The position numbers and the translations under genes were made by a program. A stretch of DNA of 36,567 nucleotides from Elusimicrobiota bacterium (GTDB lineage: Bacteria; Elusimicrobiota; Elusimicrobia; F11): NCBI GenBank assembly GCA_003140895.1, contig PLLH01000069.1, positions 13,189 to 49,755 on the forward strand, given 5' to 3'. This document shows, piece by piece, positions 28,010 through 36,567 of this stretch (positions are counted from its first letter, which is position 1; each line of letters starts with the position of its first letter). The notes beneath the pieces were generated by a model, which ran no database searches, was not told where the DNA came from, and was given only the letters and a program-made list of their open reading frames with translations.

Positions 28010-28705
28010 TTATTTTTGGGGAATCGACGCCACTTGGTTGCTGAGAAAATACTGGCTTAATCCATTGGCGAGCGCTTTGGCGATTTTGGCTTGATAGGCG
28101 GGATCCGCCAATTTTTTGGCTTCTTTCCGATTGCTGAGAAACCCGGATTCCACGAGGACGGCCGGCACCTCGGCGGTTTCTAAAATCGTATAGGTGTCGT
28201 TCACGAGTTTCCTGTTTTTCGTCTGAAGCGTCTTAACCAAATTTCGTTGGATATATTTTCCCAGCTTGTGGCTGTTTTTCTTCGCGTAGTACGTTCCCAC
28301 GCCTCGGATGGAGCTTCGCGGGTCGTAGTCGCAATGAATGGAAATAAGCGCTTCGGCGTCCAGGTCGTTGGCGTAGGTGGCCCGGTTGCGGTTGTCTTCA
28401 GAGGCGCTGTACGATCGGCGCCATCCGTTGGCCGGCGTTCGCGTCATGTAGACTTTGGCGCCCTCTCTTCTTAAGAGCTCCGCCACTTTGGCCGCGATTT
28501 GAAGCGTCAGTTTGTATTCGGGGAGCCGGCCTTTCATTCGTCGGCCGGCGTTGATCACTTTCCCCTGAAAATTCAACGTGCCGTGGCCGGCGTCGATCAC
28601 GATGACATGGCCTTTCAGGGCCGAATCCGCGTTGGAAAGGAGGGGGAGAAATAAAAAGACGAGAAAGAGCCCCAGCGTCCTCCCGCGCGTCGTTTGATGG
28701 ATCAC
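28010..28705 (-). CDS. Exported N-acetylmuramoyl-L-alanine amidase (Amidase_3)
   Basis: Signal peptide, IDAGHG, conserved E, SIHCD and PAVLVESGFLSN. The GTG start at 28705 follows SD GAGGAGG. Confidence 0.9.
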   Translation of the reverse strand: MIHQTTRGRTLGLFLVFLFLPLLSNADSALKGHVIVIDAGHGTLNFQGKVINAGRRMKGRLPEYKLTLQIAAKVAELLRREGAKVYMTRTPANGWRRSYSASEDNRNRATYANDLDAEALISIHCDYDPRSSIRGVGTYYAKKNSHKLGKYIQRNLVKTLQTKNRKLVNDTYTILETAEVPAVLVESGFLSNRKEAKKLADPAYQAKIAKALANGLSQYFLSNQVASIPQK

Positions 28706-28731
28706 ATCATCCTCCTCATTCCAAATTCCCC

Positions 28732-29820
28732 TCAACTGTTTAAATAATCGATCAGCTGCCGGAGCCGGCCGTTGTTGACGCGGTTGAATTTGAAGATCAG
28801 CCGCGGCAGATGCTGAAGTTCCGGTTGATTGTCCTCTTCTTTCAAGGCGCTGCCGGCTTCAAACCGTCCCGATTCCAATAAGTTCGTGTAGTTTTTATTG
28901 AGATAGGCCAATTGCTTCTCGTCGACCGGGTTTTGCAGGCGCATGACAAGCCGGTCTCCAACGTATCGTTGCGAGTGATAATTCGAATAGAATTTAAAAA
29001 GTTCGTCGCAGGCCGCCTGGGGGGAGGTCACGATTTTGAAGATGCTCATGTCTTCTTTGGAGATCCGCTTGGCGGACAAGAGATGTCCCGCGATGAATTT
29101 TTTGAAGCTTTTCCAGAAGGCGCCGCCGGGAACGTCCACCAAAATAATCGGGATCGGCTCGCACTTTCCAGTCTGAACCAGCGTTAATATTTCAAAGGCT
29201 TCATCCAGGGTTCCAAAGCCGCCTGGAAAGAAGACGGCGCCGCTCGCTTCTTTGACGAATATCAGTTTTCGGGTGAAGAAGTACCGGCAATCAATGTAGG
29301 TCGGCTGGTCGGCGATGAATTTGTTCGGATGCTGCTCATACGGCAGGCGGATGTTCACGCCGAAACTGGCGGCGGGCCCCGCGCCTTCGTTTCCGGCCAT
29401 CATAATGCCGGGGCCGGCCCCGGTGATCACCATGTAGCCGTTCTTGGCCAATTTGGAAGCGAAGAGTTTGGCGGATTTATACGCCGGATGGCTGGGTTTG
29501 GTTCGGGCCGAGCCGAAAATCGTGACCTTCCGGATTCCTCTGTAGGATTTAAATATTTTAAACGCGTAGCGGAGCTCCCGGATAGATCTGCTGAGGAGCT
29601 TTAAGTCGCCCCGGGTGATTTGGGATTGAACGGCTTTAAGGGCCGTGACCATGATTTCCGTGACGACGTCCGAGTGTTCAAACGGCTGGCCGGGAGAAAT
29701 TTGTTCGATCAATTTATGGATGGAATTTTGGATTTTCGGGTCCCACGGCCCCACCTGTTCAAAATGAGATTGTCCGTTATGTCCGGGATGGTTGTTTTCT
29801 TCTGTTGGCTTGAATTTCAT
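28732..29820 (-). CDS. LOG family nucleotide phosphoribohydrolase (long form)
   Basis: VTIFGSAR, TGAGPGIM, FFTRK and PGGFGTLDE. The ATG at 29820 follows AAGGA. Confidence 0.9.
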   Translation of the reverse strand: MKFKPTEENNHPGHNGQSHFEQVGPWDPKIQNSIHKLIEQISPGQPFEHSDVVTEIMVTALKAVQSQITRGDLKLLSRSIRELRYAFKIFKSYRGIRKVTIFGSARTKPSHPAYKSAKLFASKLAKNGYMVITGAGPGIMMAGNEGAGPAASFGVNIRLPYEQHPNKFIADQPTYIDCRYFFTRKLIFVKEASGAVFFPGGFGTLDEAFEILTLVQTGKCEPIPIILVDVPGGAFWKSFKKFIAGHLLSAKRISKEDMSIFKIVTSPQAACDELFKFYSNYHSQRYVGDRLVMRLQNPVDEKQLAYLNKNYTNLLESGRFEAGSALKEEDNQPELQHLPRLIFKFNRVNNGRLRQLIDYLNS

Positions 29821-29913
29821 AGGTTCCTTGTTTGTTAAATTGGGTTGCTTTCTCTGACTGTTTTGTGAGTTATATGACACCTTCAACCCCCAATGAATTA
29901 TTATTGTTCCTCA

Positions 29914-31920
29914 ATGAGCAAATTTCAAATTGTTTCTACATTTAAACCCGCGGGAGACCAAACCGCCGCCATCGAAGAACTGACGCGCGGTTTGTCCGAG
30001 AACAAACCGAACCAGGTGTTGCTGGGGGTGACGGGGTCAGGTAAGACCTTCAGCATCGCCAACACCATAGCTCATTATGGGAAACCGACGCTGGTGATTT
30101 CTCCCAATAAAACGCTGGCCGCCCAGCTGTACGCCGAGTTTAAATCATTCTTCCCGAACAACGCCGTCGAATATTTCATCTCCTATTATGATTATTACCA
30201 GCCGGAGGCGTATGTTCCTCAATCCGACACCTACATCGAAAAAGACGCCAGCATCAACGACCATATCGACCGGTTGAGGTTGAAGGCCACCTCCAGCCTC
30301 ATGGAGCGCGACGACGTCATTATCGTGGCCAGCGTCTCCTGCATATACGGATTGGGGTCGCCCGGCGACTATAAAAACATGTGCGTTTCGTTGGAGAGAG
30401 GCGCCGTGAAGCCGCGAAAAGACATTTTGCGGGAACTGGTCGCCACTCACTATGAGCGGAACGAAGTTGAGTTTACGCCCGGCCGGTTCCGGGTGCGGGG
30501 GGAATCCATTGAGATTTTCCCGGCGTATCTTGAGACGGCGATCCGGGTGGAGCTCTTTGGCGATGAGATCGAAAAAATCCGGGAAATCCATCCGCTCACG
30601 GGGGCGGTGATCTCGGAGAAAGACCGCGTGTTCATCTATCCGGCCCGGCATTTTGTCACGACGCAACCGACGATCGAGCGCGCGTTGGGGAGCATTCGGG
30701 CGGAGCTAAAAGGGCAATTGGATCTGTTTAATCAAAAAGGGAAGTTGCTGGAAGCCCAGCGCTTGGAACAGCGGACCCGTTACGATCTGGAGATGCTCAA
30801 AGAAATGGGGTTTTGCAACGGGATTGAAAATTACTCGCGCCATTTGGCCGGACGAGCGCCGGGCGAGCGCCCAGCCTGCCTCATCGATTATTTCCCCAAG
30901 GATTTTCTGACCATTGTGGACGAGTCCCATGTCACCCTTCCCCAAATTCGCGGGATGTACGAGGGAGACCGTTCCCGGAAGAAAACGCTGGTTGATTTCG
31001 GCTTTCGACTGCCCTCCGCGTTGGATAACCGGCCCCTCAAATTTAACGAGTTTGAGTCGCTGGTTCCTCGTTTGATTTGTGTCTCCGCCACGCCCGGCCC
31101 GGTTGAGCTTGAAAAAACGAAGGGTGTCGTGGTTGAGCAGGTGATCCGGCCTACCGGCCTTATTGACCCGGAGGTCGACATTCATCCCCTGGAGGGCCAA
31201 ATCGACGATCTGATGAGGCGGATCGCTGAACGAGTGTCCCGGCACGAGCGCGTGCTCGTGACCACGCTCACGAAGCGGATGGCGGAGGATTTAACGGAAT
31301 TTCTGACCGATAAAAAGTTTAAGGTTCGTTATTTGCACTCGGATATCGACGCGTTGGATCGCATTGAGATCATTCAAGGTCTGAGGAAAGGGGAGTTTGA
31401 CGTGCTGGTCGGGATCAACCTCCTCCGGGAGGGCTTGGATTTGCCGGAGGTGTCCCTTGTGGCGGTCATGGACGCCGACAAGGAAGGGTTTCTTCGCTCG
31501 GAAACGTCGTTGATTCAGGTATGCGGCCGGGCGGCCCGCCACGTGGAAGGAAGCGTCGTTCTCTACGCCGATCAGATGACGGGGTCCATGAAACGGGCGT
31601 TGGACGAAATGAGCCGCCGCCGGAAAAAACAGACGGAATACAACCGGGTCCACCGCATCACGCCTCGTTCCGTGGTTAAGGCCGTGCAGGATTTGGAGGA
31701 ATTTCAATCGCGCGCGAAGGTGGAGGGGTTGTCGCGCCTGGTGAATGATTTCTCCCAAACGTGGGACCCGGGGAAGGATTTGTCCCAACTCATTAAGGAA
31801 CTGGAGAAACAAATGCGCTCCGCCGCTGACGTGTTGGATTTTGAATTGGCCGCCGCGTTACGGGACAAAATACGCGAGTGCCGTCAGATGAGCGTGGTGT
31901 CCAAGAAAAAGAGCCGTTAG
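29914..31920 (+). CDS. uvrB: Excinuclease ABC subunit B
   Basis: [44 protein letters not shown] and a C-terminal UVR domain. The start could be 29893 instead. Confidence 0.97.
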   Translation: MSKFQIVSTFKPAGDQTAAIEELTRGLSENKPNQVLLGVTGSGKTFSIANTIAHYGKPTLVISPNKTLAAQLYAEFKSFFPNNAVEYFISYYDYYQPEAYVPQSDTYIEKDASINDHIDRLRLKATSSLMERDDVIIVASVSCIYGLGSPGDYKNMCVSLERGAVKPRKDILRELVATHYERNEVEFTPGRFRVRGESIEIFPAYLETAIRVELFGDEIEKIREIHPLTGAVISEKDRVFIYPARHFVTTQPTIERALGSIRAELKGQLDLFNQKGKLLEAQRLEQRTRYDLEMLKEMGFCNGIENYSRHLAGRAPGERPACLIDYFPKDFLTIVDESHVTLPQIRGMYEGDRSRKKTLVDFGFRLPSALDNRPLKFNEFESLVPRLICVSATPGPVELEKTKGVVVEQVIRPTGLIDPEVDIHPLEGQIDDLMRRIAERVSRHERVLVTTLTKRMAEDLTEFLTDKKFKVRYLHSDIDALDRIEIIQGLRKGEFDVLVGINLLREGLDLPEVSLVAVMDADKEGFLRSETSLIQVCGRAARHVEGSVVLYADQMTGSMKRALDEMSRRRKKQTEYNRVHRITPRSVVKAVQDLEEFQSRAKVEGLSRLVNDFSQTWDPGKDLSQLIKELEKQMRSAADVLDFELAAALRDKIRECRQMSVVSKKKSR

Positions 31921-31928
31921 GGAGGCTT

Positions 31929-33095
31929 TTACGGGGCTTTTTTGGCTTGCGGGCGTTCCCGAGGCAGTTCGAGCTCGCCCCCGCCTGCGGTGTTGGGTTT
32001 GGGCGTTTCGGCGCCGTTCGTCGTGATGCCTCTATCCACCCCTCTTAGCTTCAGCGCCAGATCTTCCAGATTGGTGGCATGGTTGAGCGCTTCCTGCGTT
32101 GAAATCAGATTTTGGGCGTGGAGATGCTCCAGGTCTTGATCAAAGGTGTGCATTCCATAATAGGTGTCTTGCGCCATAAGCCGCGTGATCTCTTCCGTTC
32201 GTCCTTCCGCCAGGAGTCTCTTCATAAATGTCGTCCCCAGCAGAATTTCCGTGGCGGGATATCGGGCGTTTCCATCGGCGGAACGAACCAACCGCTGCGC
32301 CACGACGCCGCTGATGACCCCGGCCACTTGCTGGCGCACCGACCCTTGTTCGTGGGGAGGGTAGGCGTCCACGATCCGGTTCACCGCGTGGACCGCGTCG
32401 ATCGTATGAACGGTGGACAGGACCAGATGTCCTGATTCGGCGGCGGAAATGGCGGCCGTCATGGTTTCCAAATCTCTCATTTCTCCGATGGCGATGACGT
32501 CCGGGCTTTGGCGGAGAACGTTTCGGAGCGCTTCTTTAAAGGAGGTTGTGTCTTGTCCCACTTCCCGCTGGGAGATCGATGATTTGACGTCGGTGTGGAG
32601 ATATTCGATCGGATCTTCGATGGTAATGATGTTGTAGGTGTAGTTTTGATTTAAAAAATTGATGATGGCGTTCATGGTGGTTGTTTTTCCGGCGCCTGTG
32701 ACGCCGGCGAAGAGGATGAGGCCGCGCCCCTGGGAAACAAGTTTTTTCAGGGTTTGCGTGGGAAGATGCAAATCTTCAAATCCTTTGAGTGTGAGAGGAA
32801 TGGTCCGCAGTGCCACGGCCACGGTTCCTTTTTGACGATACAGATTGGCTCGGAACCGGCTCACGCCGTCCACGGTGCAGGCGACATCCATTTCGTTTCG
32901 TTCGGAAAAGACTTTTTGCTGGGCGGGGGAGATGAGGCTGCGCGCGATTTCTTCGGTTTGGGCCGCGGTCAGGGGTTCCAAGTTGGTTTGAACCAGTTGG
33001 CCGTTCACTCGAATCAGCGGACAGGAACCGGCTTTGAAGAGAATATCCGATATGCCGTCTCTTAACATCAACTCAATCAGCCGTTTGTATTCCAT
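31929..33095 (-). CDS. PilT/PilU-family type IV pilus retraction ATPase
   Basis: RFRANLYRQ, Walker A GVTGAGKTT, TIEDPIE, QREVG, Walker B IAIGEMRD and His box GHLVLSTVH. It lacks AIRNLIRE, so it is PilU-like. Confidence 0.9.
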   Translation of the reverse strand: MEYKRLIELMLRDGISDILFKAGSCPLIRVNGQLVQTNLEPLTAAQTEEIARSLISPAQQKVFSERNEMDVACTVDGVSRFRANLYRQKGTVAVALRTIPLTLKGFEDLHLPTQTLKKLVSQGRGLILFAGVTGAGKTTTMNAIINFLNQNYTYNIITIEDPIEYLHTDVKSSISQREVGQDTTSFKEALRNVLRQSPDVIAIGEMRDLETMTAAISAAESGHLVLSTVHTIDAVHAVNRIVDAYPPHEQGSVRQQVAGVISGVVAQRLVRSADGNARYPATEILLGTTFMKRLLAEGRTEEITRLMAQDTYYGMHTFDQDLEHLHAQNLISTQEALNHATNLEDLALKLRGVDRGITTNGAETPKPNTAGGGELELPRERPQAKKAP

Positions 33096-33218
33096 AAAGG
33101 TCCTCTGTCCCTCAGCGTTTCAAATTTCTTACGTCACGTTTTTCAGGGGGTTCACTGCCACCACTCACCCATAATCAAACTTACTAATCAACCGGATTTT
33201 TTCAATGGTTTTTTATAA

Positions 33219-34481
33219 TTAGCAGGTGGGGAGTTGAACGGATTCAGCTTGGTTGGGGTTGTCGGCGTACATTTTCATGACCTCGATAATTTTGGGAAGG
33301 CACCGGTGGAAGGCCGCCACCACGTCCGGATCAAAATGTGAACCGCACTCTTTGTCGAGGATGCCAACGGTTTCTTCCAAAGAAAAGGACGGTTTGTAGA
33401 TTCGTTTCGAAGTGAGCGCGTCAAATACGTCCGCCACAGCGGCGATACGGGCTTCAATGGGGATGTCCGTCCCTTTGATGCTTTGAGGGTAGCCGGAACC
33501 GTCCCATTTTTCGTGATGATACAAGGCCACGATGGCCGACATTTTCATCAGTTCATTATCAGAGTCTTTGAGAATTTCAGCGCCGTGTCGCGGGTGTTTT
33601 TTCATTTCAACCCATTCTTCCGGCGTCAACTTCCCGGGTTTGTGCAAAATGGCGTCCGGCACGCCGATTTTCCCGATGTCGTGCATCGGCATCGCCAACC
33701 GCAGGTTTTCAATCCATTCTTTGGCGAAGTCCATTTCACGGGCGATGAAGGCGGCGTATTGACTCACGCGGGTCAGATGCGCCCGGGTGTCTTGGTCTTT
33801 GTATTCCACCGCCGCGGCCAGGCGGATAATGGTTTCCTGGGTGACCTTTCGAATTTCCTGATAAAGCTGGGCGTTTTCAACGTGAGCGGAGGCCTGTTCG
33901 GATAAGAGGGTGAGGAGTTCTTCATCCTGCTGATCGAAGTTTCCGCCGACTTTCCGGTTCAACACCTGAAAAACGCCGATCACGTCATTTTTCGCGCTGA
34001 ACATGGGGGCCGTGAGAACGGACCGGGTCCGGTAGCCGGTCTTTTTGTCGACGTCGGGATTAAAGCGGGGATCGTTGTAGACGTCCCGGATGTTCAAAAG
34101 ATGTCCTGAGACGGCGACGGCGCCGGCGATGCCTTTGTCCAGCGGAACGCGGATGGTTTGCGTTCCCGTGGCCACTTTCGACCAGAGTTCCTGGTTCTTT
34201 TTGTCGACGATGAAAACGGTGGCGCGTTCGGCGTTGAGTACCGTTTTGGCTTGATCGGCCAAAAGAAGAAGGAGGTCGTCCAAATTGGTCATGACGGCGG
34301 CTTGTTTCCCGTATTTTAGAAGGGCCGCCAAACGCCTGCGCCACTCGTTGAGACGGGCGATTTTTTTCTCCATCGTGGCGATCACATGCGTTTGTTGAGA
34401 GAGGGAACGTGGTTTTTTTGACAAGCGTGAGGAGCGCTTTTGGGGAACCGCGGTTTGACTCTTTTTTGATTTGACCTTCAT
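33219..34481 (-). CDS. GAF plus HD-GYP cyclic dinucleotide phosphodiesterase
   Basis: GAF domain (GIAG, DPRF...D..TGYRTRSVL, QVLN...F...DE) and HD-GYP motifs (MHDIGK, HHEKWDGSGYP, ADVFDAL). Confidence 0.92.
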   Translation of the reverse strand: MKVKSKKSQTAVPQKRSSRLSKKPRSLSQQTHVIATMEKKIARLNEWRRRLAALLKYGKQAAVMTNLDDLLLLLADQAKTVLNAERATVFIVDKKNQELWSKVATGTQTIRVPLDKGIAGAVAVSGHLLNIRDVYNDPRFNPDVDKKTGYRTRSVLTAPMFSAKNDVIGVFQVLNRKVGGNFDQQDEELLTLLSEQASAHVENAQLYQEIRKVTQETIIRLAAAVEYKDQDTRAHLTRVSQYAAFIAREMDFAKEWIENLRLAMPMHDIGKIGVPDAILHKPGKLTPEEWVEMKKHPRHGAEILKDSDNELMKMSAIVALYHHEKWDGSGYPQSIKGTDIPIEARIAAVADVFDALTSKRIYKPSFSLEETVGILDKECGSHFDPDVVAAFHRCLPKIIEVMKMYADNPNQAESVQLPTC

Positions 34482-34614
34482 GCTGCCCCTTCCCTCATTC
34501 CGGACGATTCGATGTTGTCAGAAATCGGTGAAATCCAGGGTGCAGTCTATCGAATGGCCGACGGGGCGTCAACTTTTCTCATCAAAGACTCTCCTAATAT
34601 CGGATGATGTCAAA

Positions 34615-35019
34615 ATGGCACTTTTCGACTGGAACGCGCTGGATAAACGGCTTCAGCTCCTTAATATTTTTGAGCGGGATCTGGTTGAACGCTTTGTACG
34701 GTCTTCCGGTAAAGGGGGGCAGAACGTCAACAAGGTGTCCACCTGCGTCATATTGACCCATTCGCCCTCCGGTCTCACGGTTCGCTGCGAAGAGGAACGT
34801 TCCCAGGCTCGGAACCGGTTTCTCGCCCGGCAACGGTTGGCGGACAGGTTGGAGGCGCTGGAGCGGTCCCGGGTGGCGCAGGAACGAAGCGCGGCGGAAC
34901 GGCGGCGTCGCCAGAAACGACGGCGCAGCAAGGGCGCCAAAGAGCGGATGCTTAAAAATAAACATCACCGAGCGGCCATCAAGAAGAATAGAATCGTGCG
35001 GTATCAGGAGGACGTTTGA
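34615..35019 (+). CDS. arfB: Alternative ribosome rescue peptidyl-tRNA hydrolase ArfB (RF-1 domain)
   Basis: RSSGKGGQNVNKV, RSQ-x-x-N and a basic C-terminal tail. The start at 34615 is inferred. Confidence 0.8.
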   Translation: MALFDWNALDKRLQLLNIFERDLVERFVRSSGKGGQNVNKVSTCVILTHSPSGLTVRCEEERSQARNRFLARQRLADRLEALERSRVAQERSAAERRRRQKRRRSKGAKERMLKNKHHRAAIKKNRIVRYQEDV

Positions 35020-35657
35020 AAAACCATTTGAAACAAGCCCGCTATATCATCACGGAAACCGACCCCAAGCTGTTGCCTCTGTCGTTGGCCGAGGTCACGT
35101 TTGTCGGGCGGTCCAATGTGGGGAAGAGTTCGCTGATCTGCGCCCTCTGTGAAAACAAAAAATTGGCCCGCGTCTCCAAAACACCGGGGCGAACGCGGGG
35201 CATCAACGTGTTTGAAGTCCGTCACGACCGGTGGCTGGTGGATCTCCCGGGGTTCGGGTTCTCGGTGGCGCCGCAAAAACAAAGGGAGTATTGGCCGAAA
35301 ATGATCAGTGGGTATCTCACCTCCCGGCCGCAGCTTCCCCTGGTGCTGGTTCTCATTGAGGCCGAGCGCGGACCCAGCCAACTTGATTTCTCTTTTCTCC
35401 AGTGGATGAGTGAGAAAAAAATCCCCTGCGCCTTCGTCGCCACCAAAGTGGACCGCCTGAGCCCCGCGCATCAGATTGAGCAGCGGGCCCGGATGGCGTC
35501 GGCCTTGGGGATAACCCCAGCGGAAATGTATTGGGTGAGCGCCCAGAAAGGATATGGAATGAACGAGCTGCGGCTGGATGTGGCGAAGGCTCTTGGTCTC
35601 ATCAAGCTATCGCCGGGTGAGAAGCGAGAGAGTGAGGAGCAGGAGATTAGCTGTTGA
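35016..35657 (+). CDS. engB: Ribosome biogenesis GTPase YihA/YsxC
   Basis: G1 GRSNVGKSS, G2 SKTPGRT, G3 DLPG and G4 TKVD. The TTG start overlaps the arfB stop. Confidence 0.92.
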   Translation: MKNHLKQARYIITETDPKLLPLSLAEVTFVGRSNVGKSSLICALCENKKLARVSKTPGRTRGINVFEVRHDRWLVDLPGFGFSVAPQKQREYWPKMISGYLTSRPQLPLVLVLIEAERGPSQLDFSFLQWMSEKKIPCAFVATKVDRLSPAHQIEQRARMASALGITPAEMYWVSAQKGYGMNELRLDVAKALGLIKLSPGEKRESEEQEISC

Positions 35658-36399
35658 GATTTTTTCTTTTCGAATTTTTTAAGACCCAGCGGAAGAGGCC
35701 ATGCAGCATGGCGATATCCACTTTGGTTAGATTCCACTGATAAAACGCCCGCCGAAGCCGCCCTTCGCTCCGAGCCAAATCCCATCCTTTCAGAAGCCCC
35801 GCGCGGTCAAACGCCTCAAGCCCTTGCGCAATGAGCCGCTCCACTCCTTCCACGGGGGCTGGTTTTTTCGTGACCGGCGTCGCCGGTTTTTCTTCAACAG
35901 ATTCCCACTTTGGCTGATCGGGACGAAGGGTGTAGGCCACAACGGCCACGGCCTGCGCCAAATTCATTGACGGGCATTCGCTGGAGGTGGGGATTCTCAC
36001 CACATAATGGCAAAAGGTGAGATCTTCATTGGAGAGCCCGGATTTTTCCGATCCAAAGAGAAGCGCCACAGACCTTTGGGCTTGGGTTGACTCCCGCACG
36101 AGAGCGTGAAGTTCCTCCAAGCCGATCCAATGGGGGCCCGTGCTACGCCGGCTTCCGGCGGAGGTCCCGATCACCACATGAGAGGACTTAAGCGCCGCCT
36201 TCAAGCTGGGAAACTTTTTGGCGTGTTCCACCACCGCGTGCGCGTGAACGGCTGCCCGCACCTCTCGCCAGGCCACGGCGTAAGGTTCCACCACCGCCAA
36301 ATCGCGAAACCCGAAATTAGCCATTCCTCTGGCCGCCGCCCCGATGTTGCTCGGGTTCCGAGGGCGATTCAAAATAAACCGGACGTTAGGTTTCTTCAT
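35647..36399 (-). CDS. TrmJ/LasT family SPOUT RNA methyltransferase
   Basis: P-x-NIGAAARGMANFG, LLFGSEKSGLSN and SMNLAQAV. Confidence 0.9.
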   Translation of the reverse strand: MKKPNVRFILNRPRNPSNIGAAARGMANFGFRDLAVVEPYAVAWREVRAAVHAHAVVEHAKKFPSLKAALKSSHVVIGTSAGSRRSTGPHWIGLEELHALVRESTQAQRSVALLFGSEKSGLSNEDLTFCHYVVRIPTSSECPSMNLAQAVAVVAYTLRPDQPKWESVEEKPATPVTKKPAPVEGVERLIAQGLEAFDRAGLLKGWDLARSEGRLRRAFYQWNLTKVDIAMLHGLFRWVLKNSKRKNLNS

Positions 36400-36555
36400 G
36401 AAGCGCTTACGCTAGGAAATTAGGAGCTCGTTGTCTTATTCGTTGATCCCGCCCGCCTTCGTTTTTTTCTGATTTTAAATTGTAAATTGTTAACGATAAA
36501 GAGAAACTGACCACTGTTAATAACTAATTGAAGATAAAGATAGAGTTGGACACTT

Positions 36556-36567
36556 GGGAGGTGTCAT
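36556..36567 (+). promoter_or_regulatory. Shine-Dalgarno of a probable gene starting at the window edge
   Basis: GGGAGGTG followed by TC-AT at the end of the window, with an AT-rich intergenic region upstream. Confidence 0.45.

Noticed and set aside
29821-29913. LexA/SOS box upstream of uvrB
   Set aside because: No match to the CTGT-N8-ACAG, GAAC-N4-GTTC or GTTC-N7-GTTC types.
31905-31945. Bidirectional terminator between uvrB and the PilT/PilU gene
   Set aside because: Only a weak AAGAGCC/GGCTTTT pairing that overlaps coding sequence; not enough to call.
33096-33218. c-di-GMP riboswitch in the leader of the PilT/PilU gene
   Set aside because: I could not find the conserved class I or II motifs or stems by eye. 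An Rfam scan would be decisive.

Overview
A 36.6 kb bacterial core-genome window with no mobile elements, CRISPR arrays or rRNA. The + strand carries the 3' part of hemW, then a three-gene envelope-glycosylation cassette (SAM methyltransferase, GT2, multi-TM GT-C). Next comes a CIRCE-controlled hrcA-grpE-dnaK-dnaJ-rsmE-mtaB-hit run that continues into rpsU-dnaG-rpoD, followed by two tRNAs (Ile2-CAT, Val-CAC), a C4 zinc-ribbon protein and a dcw cluster (mraZ to murG) that stops before murC/ftsQAZ. The right third holds an amidase, a LOG protein, uvrB, a PilT/PilU ATPase, a GAF/HD-GYP protein, arfB, engB and a TrmJ-like methyltransferase. The most notable observations are: (1) a DnaK with archaeal (Thermoplasmata-like) signature motifs inside a bacterial HrcA operon, which tentatively suggests Elusimicrobiota; (2) three perfect DnaA boxes interleaved with MraZ boxes in the dcw leader; (3) an unannotated 70-codon ORF joined by ATGA overlaps to both rsmH and ftsL; (4) the MTase/GT2/GT-C cassette, which has a G9 tract and splits hemW from hrcA; (5) RNA structures that could hide the ribosome-binding sites of dnaG and rpoD. 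All calls come from reading motifs by eye; no database searches or folding programs were run.
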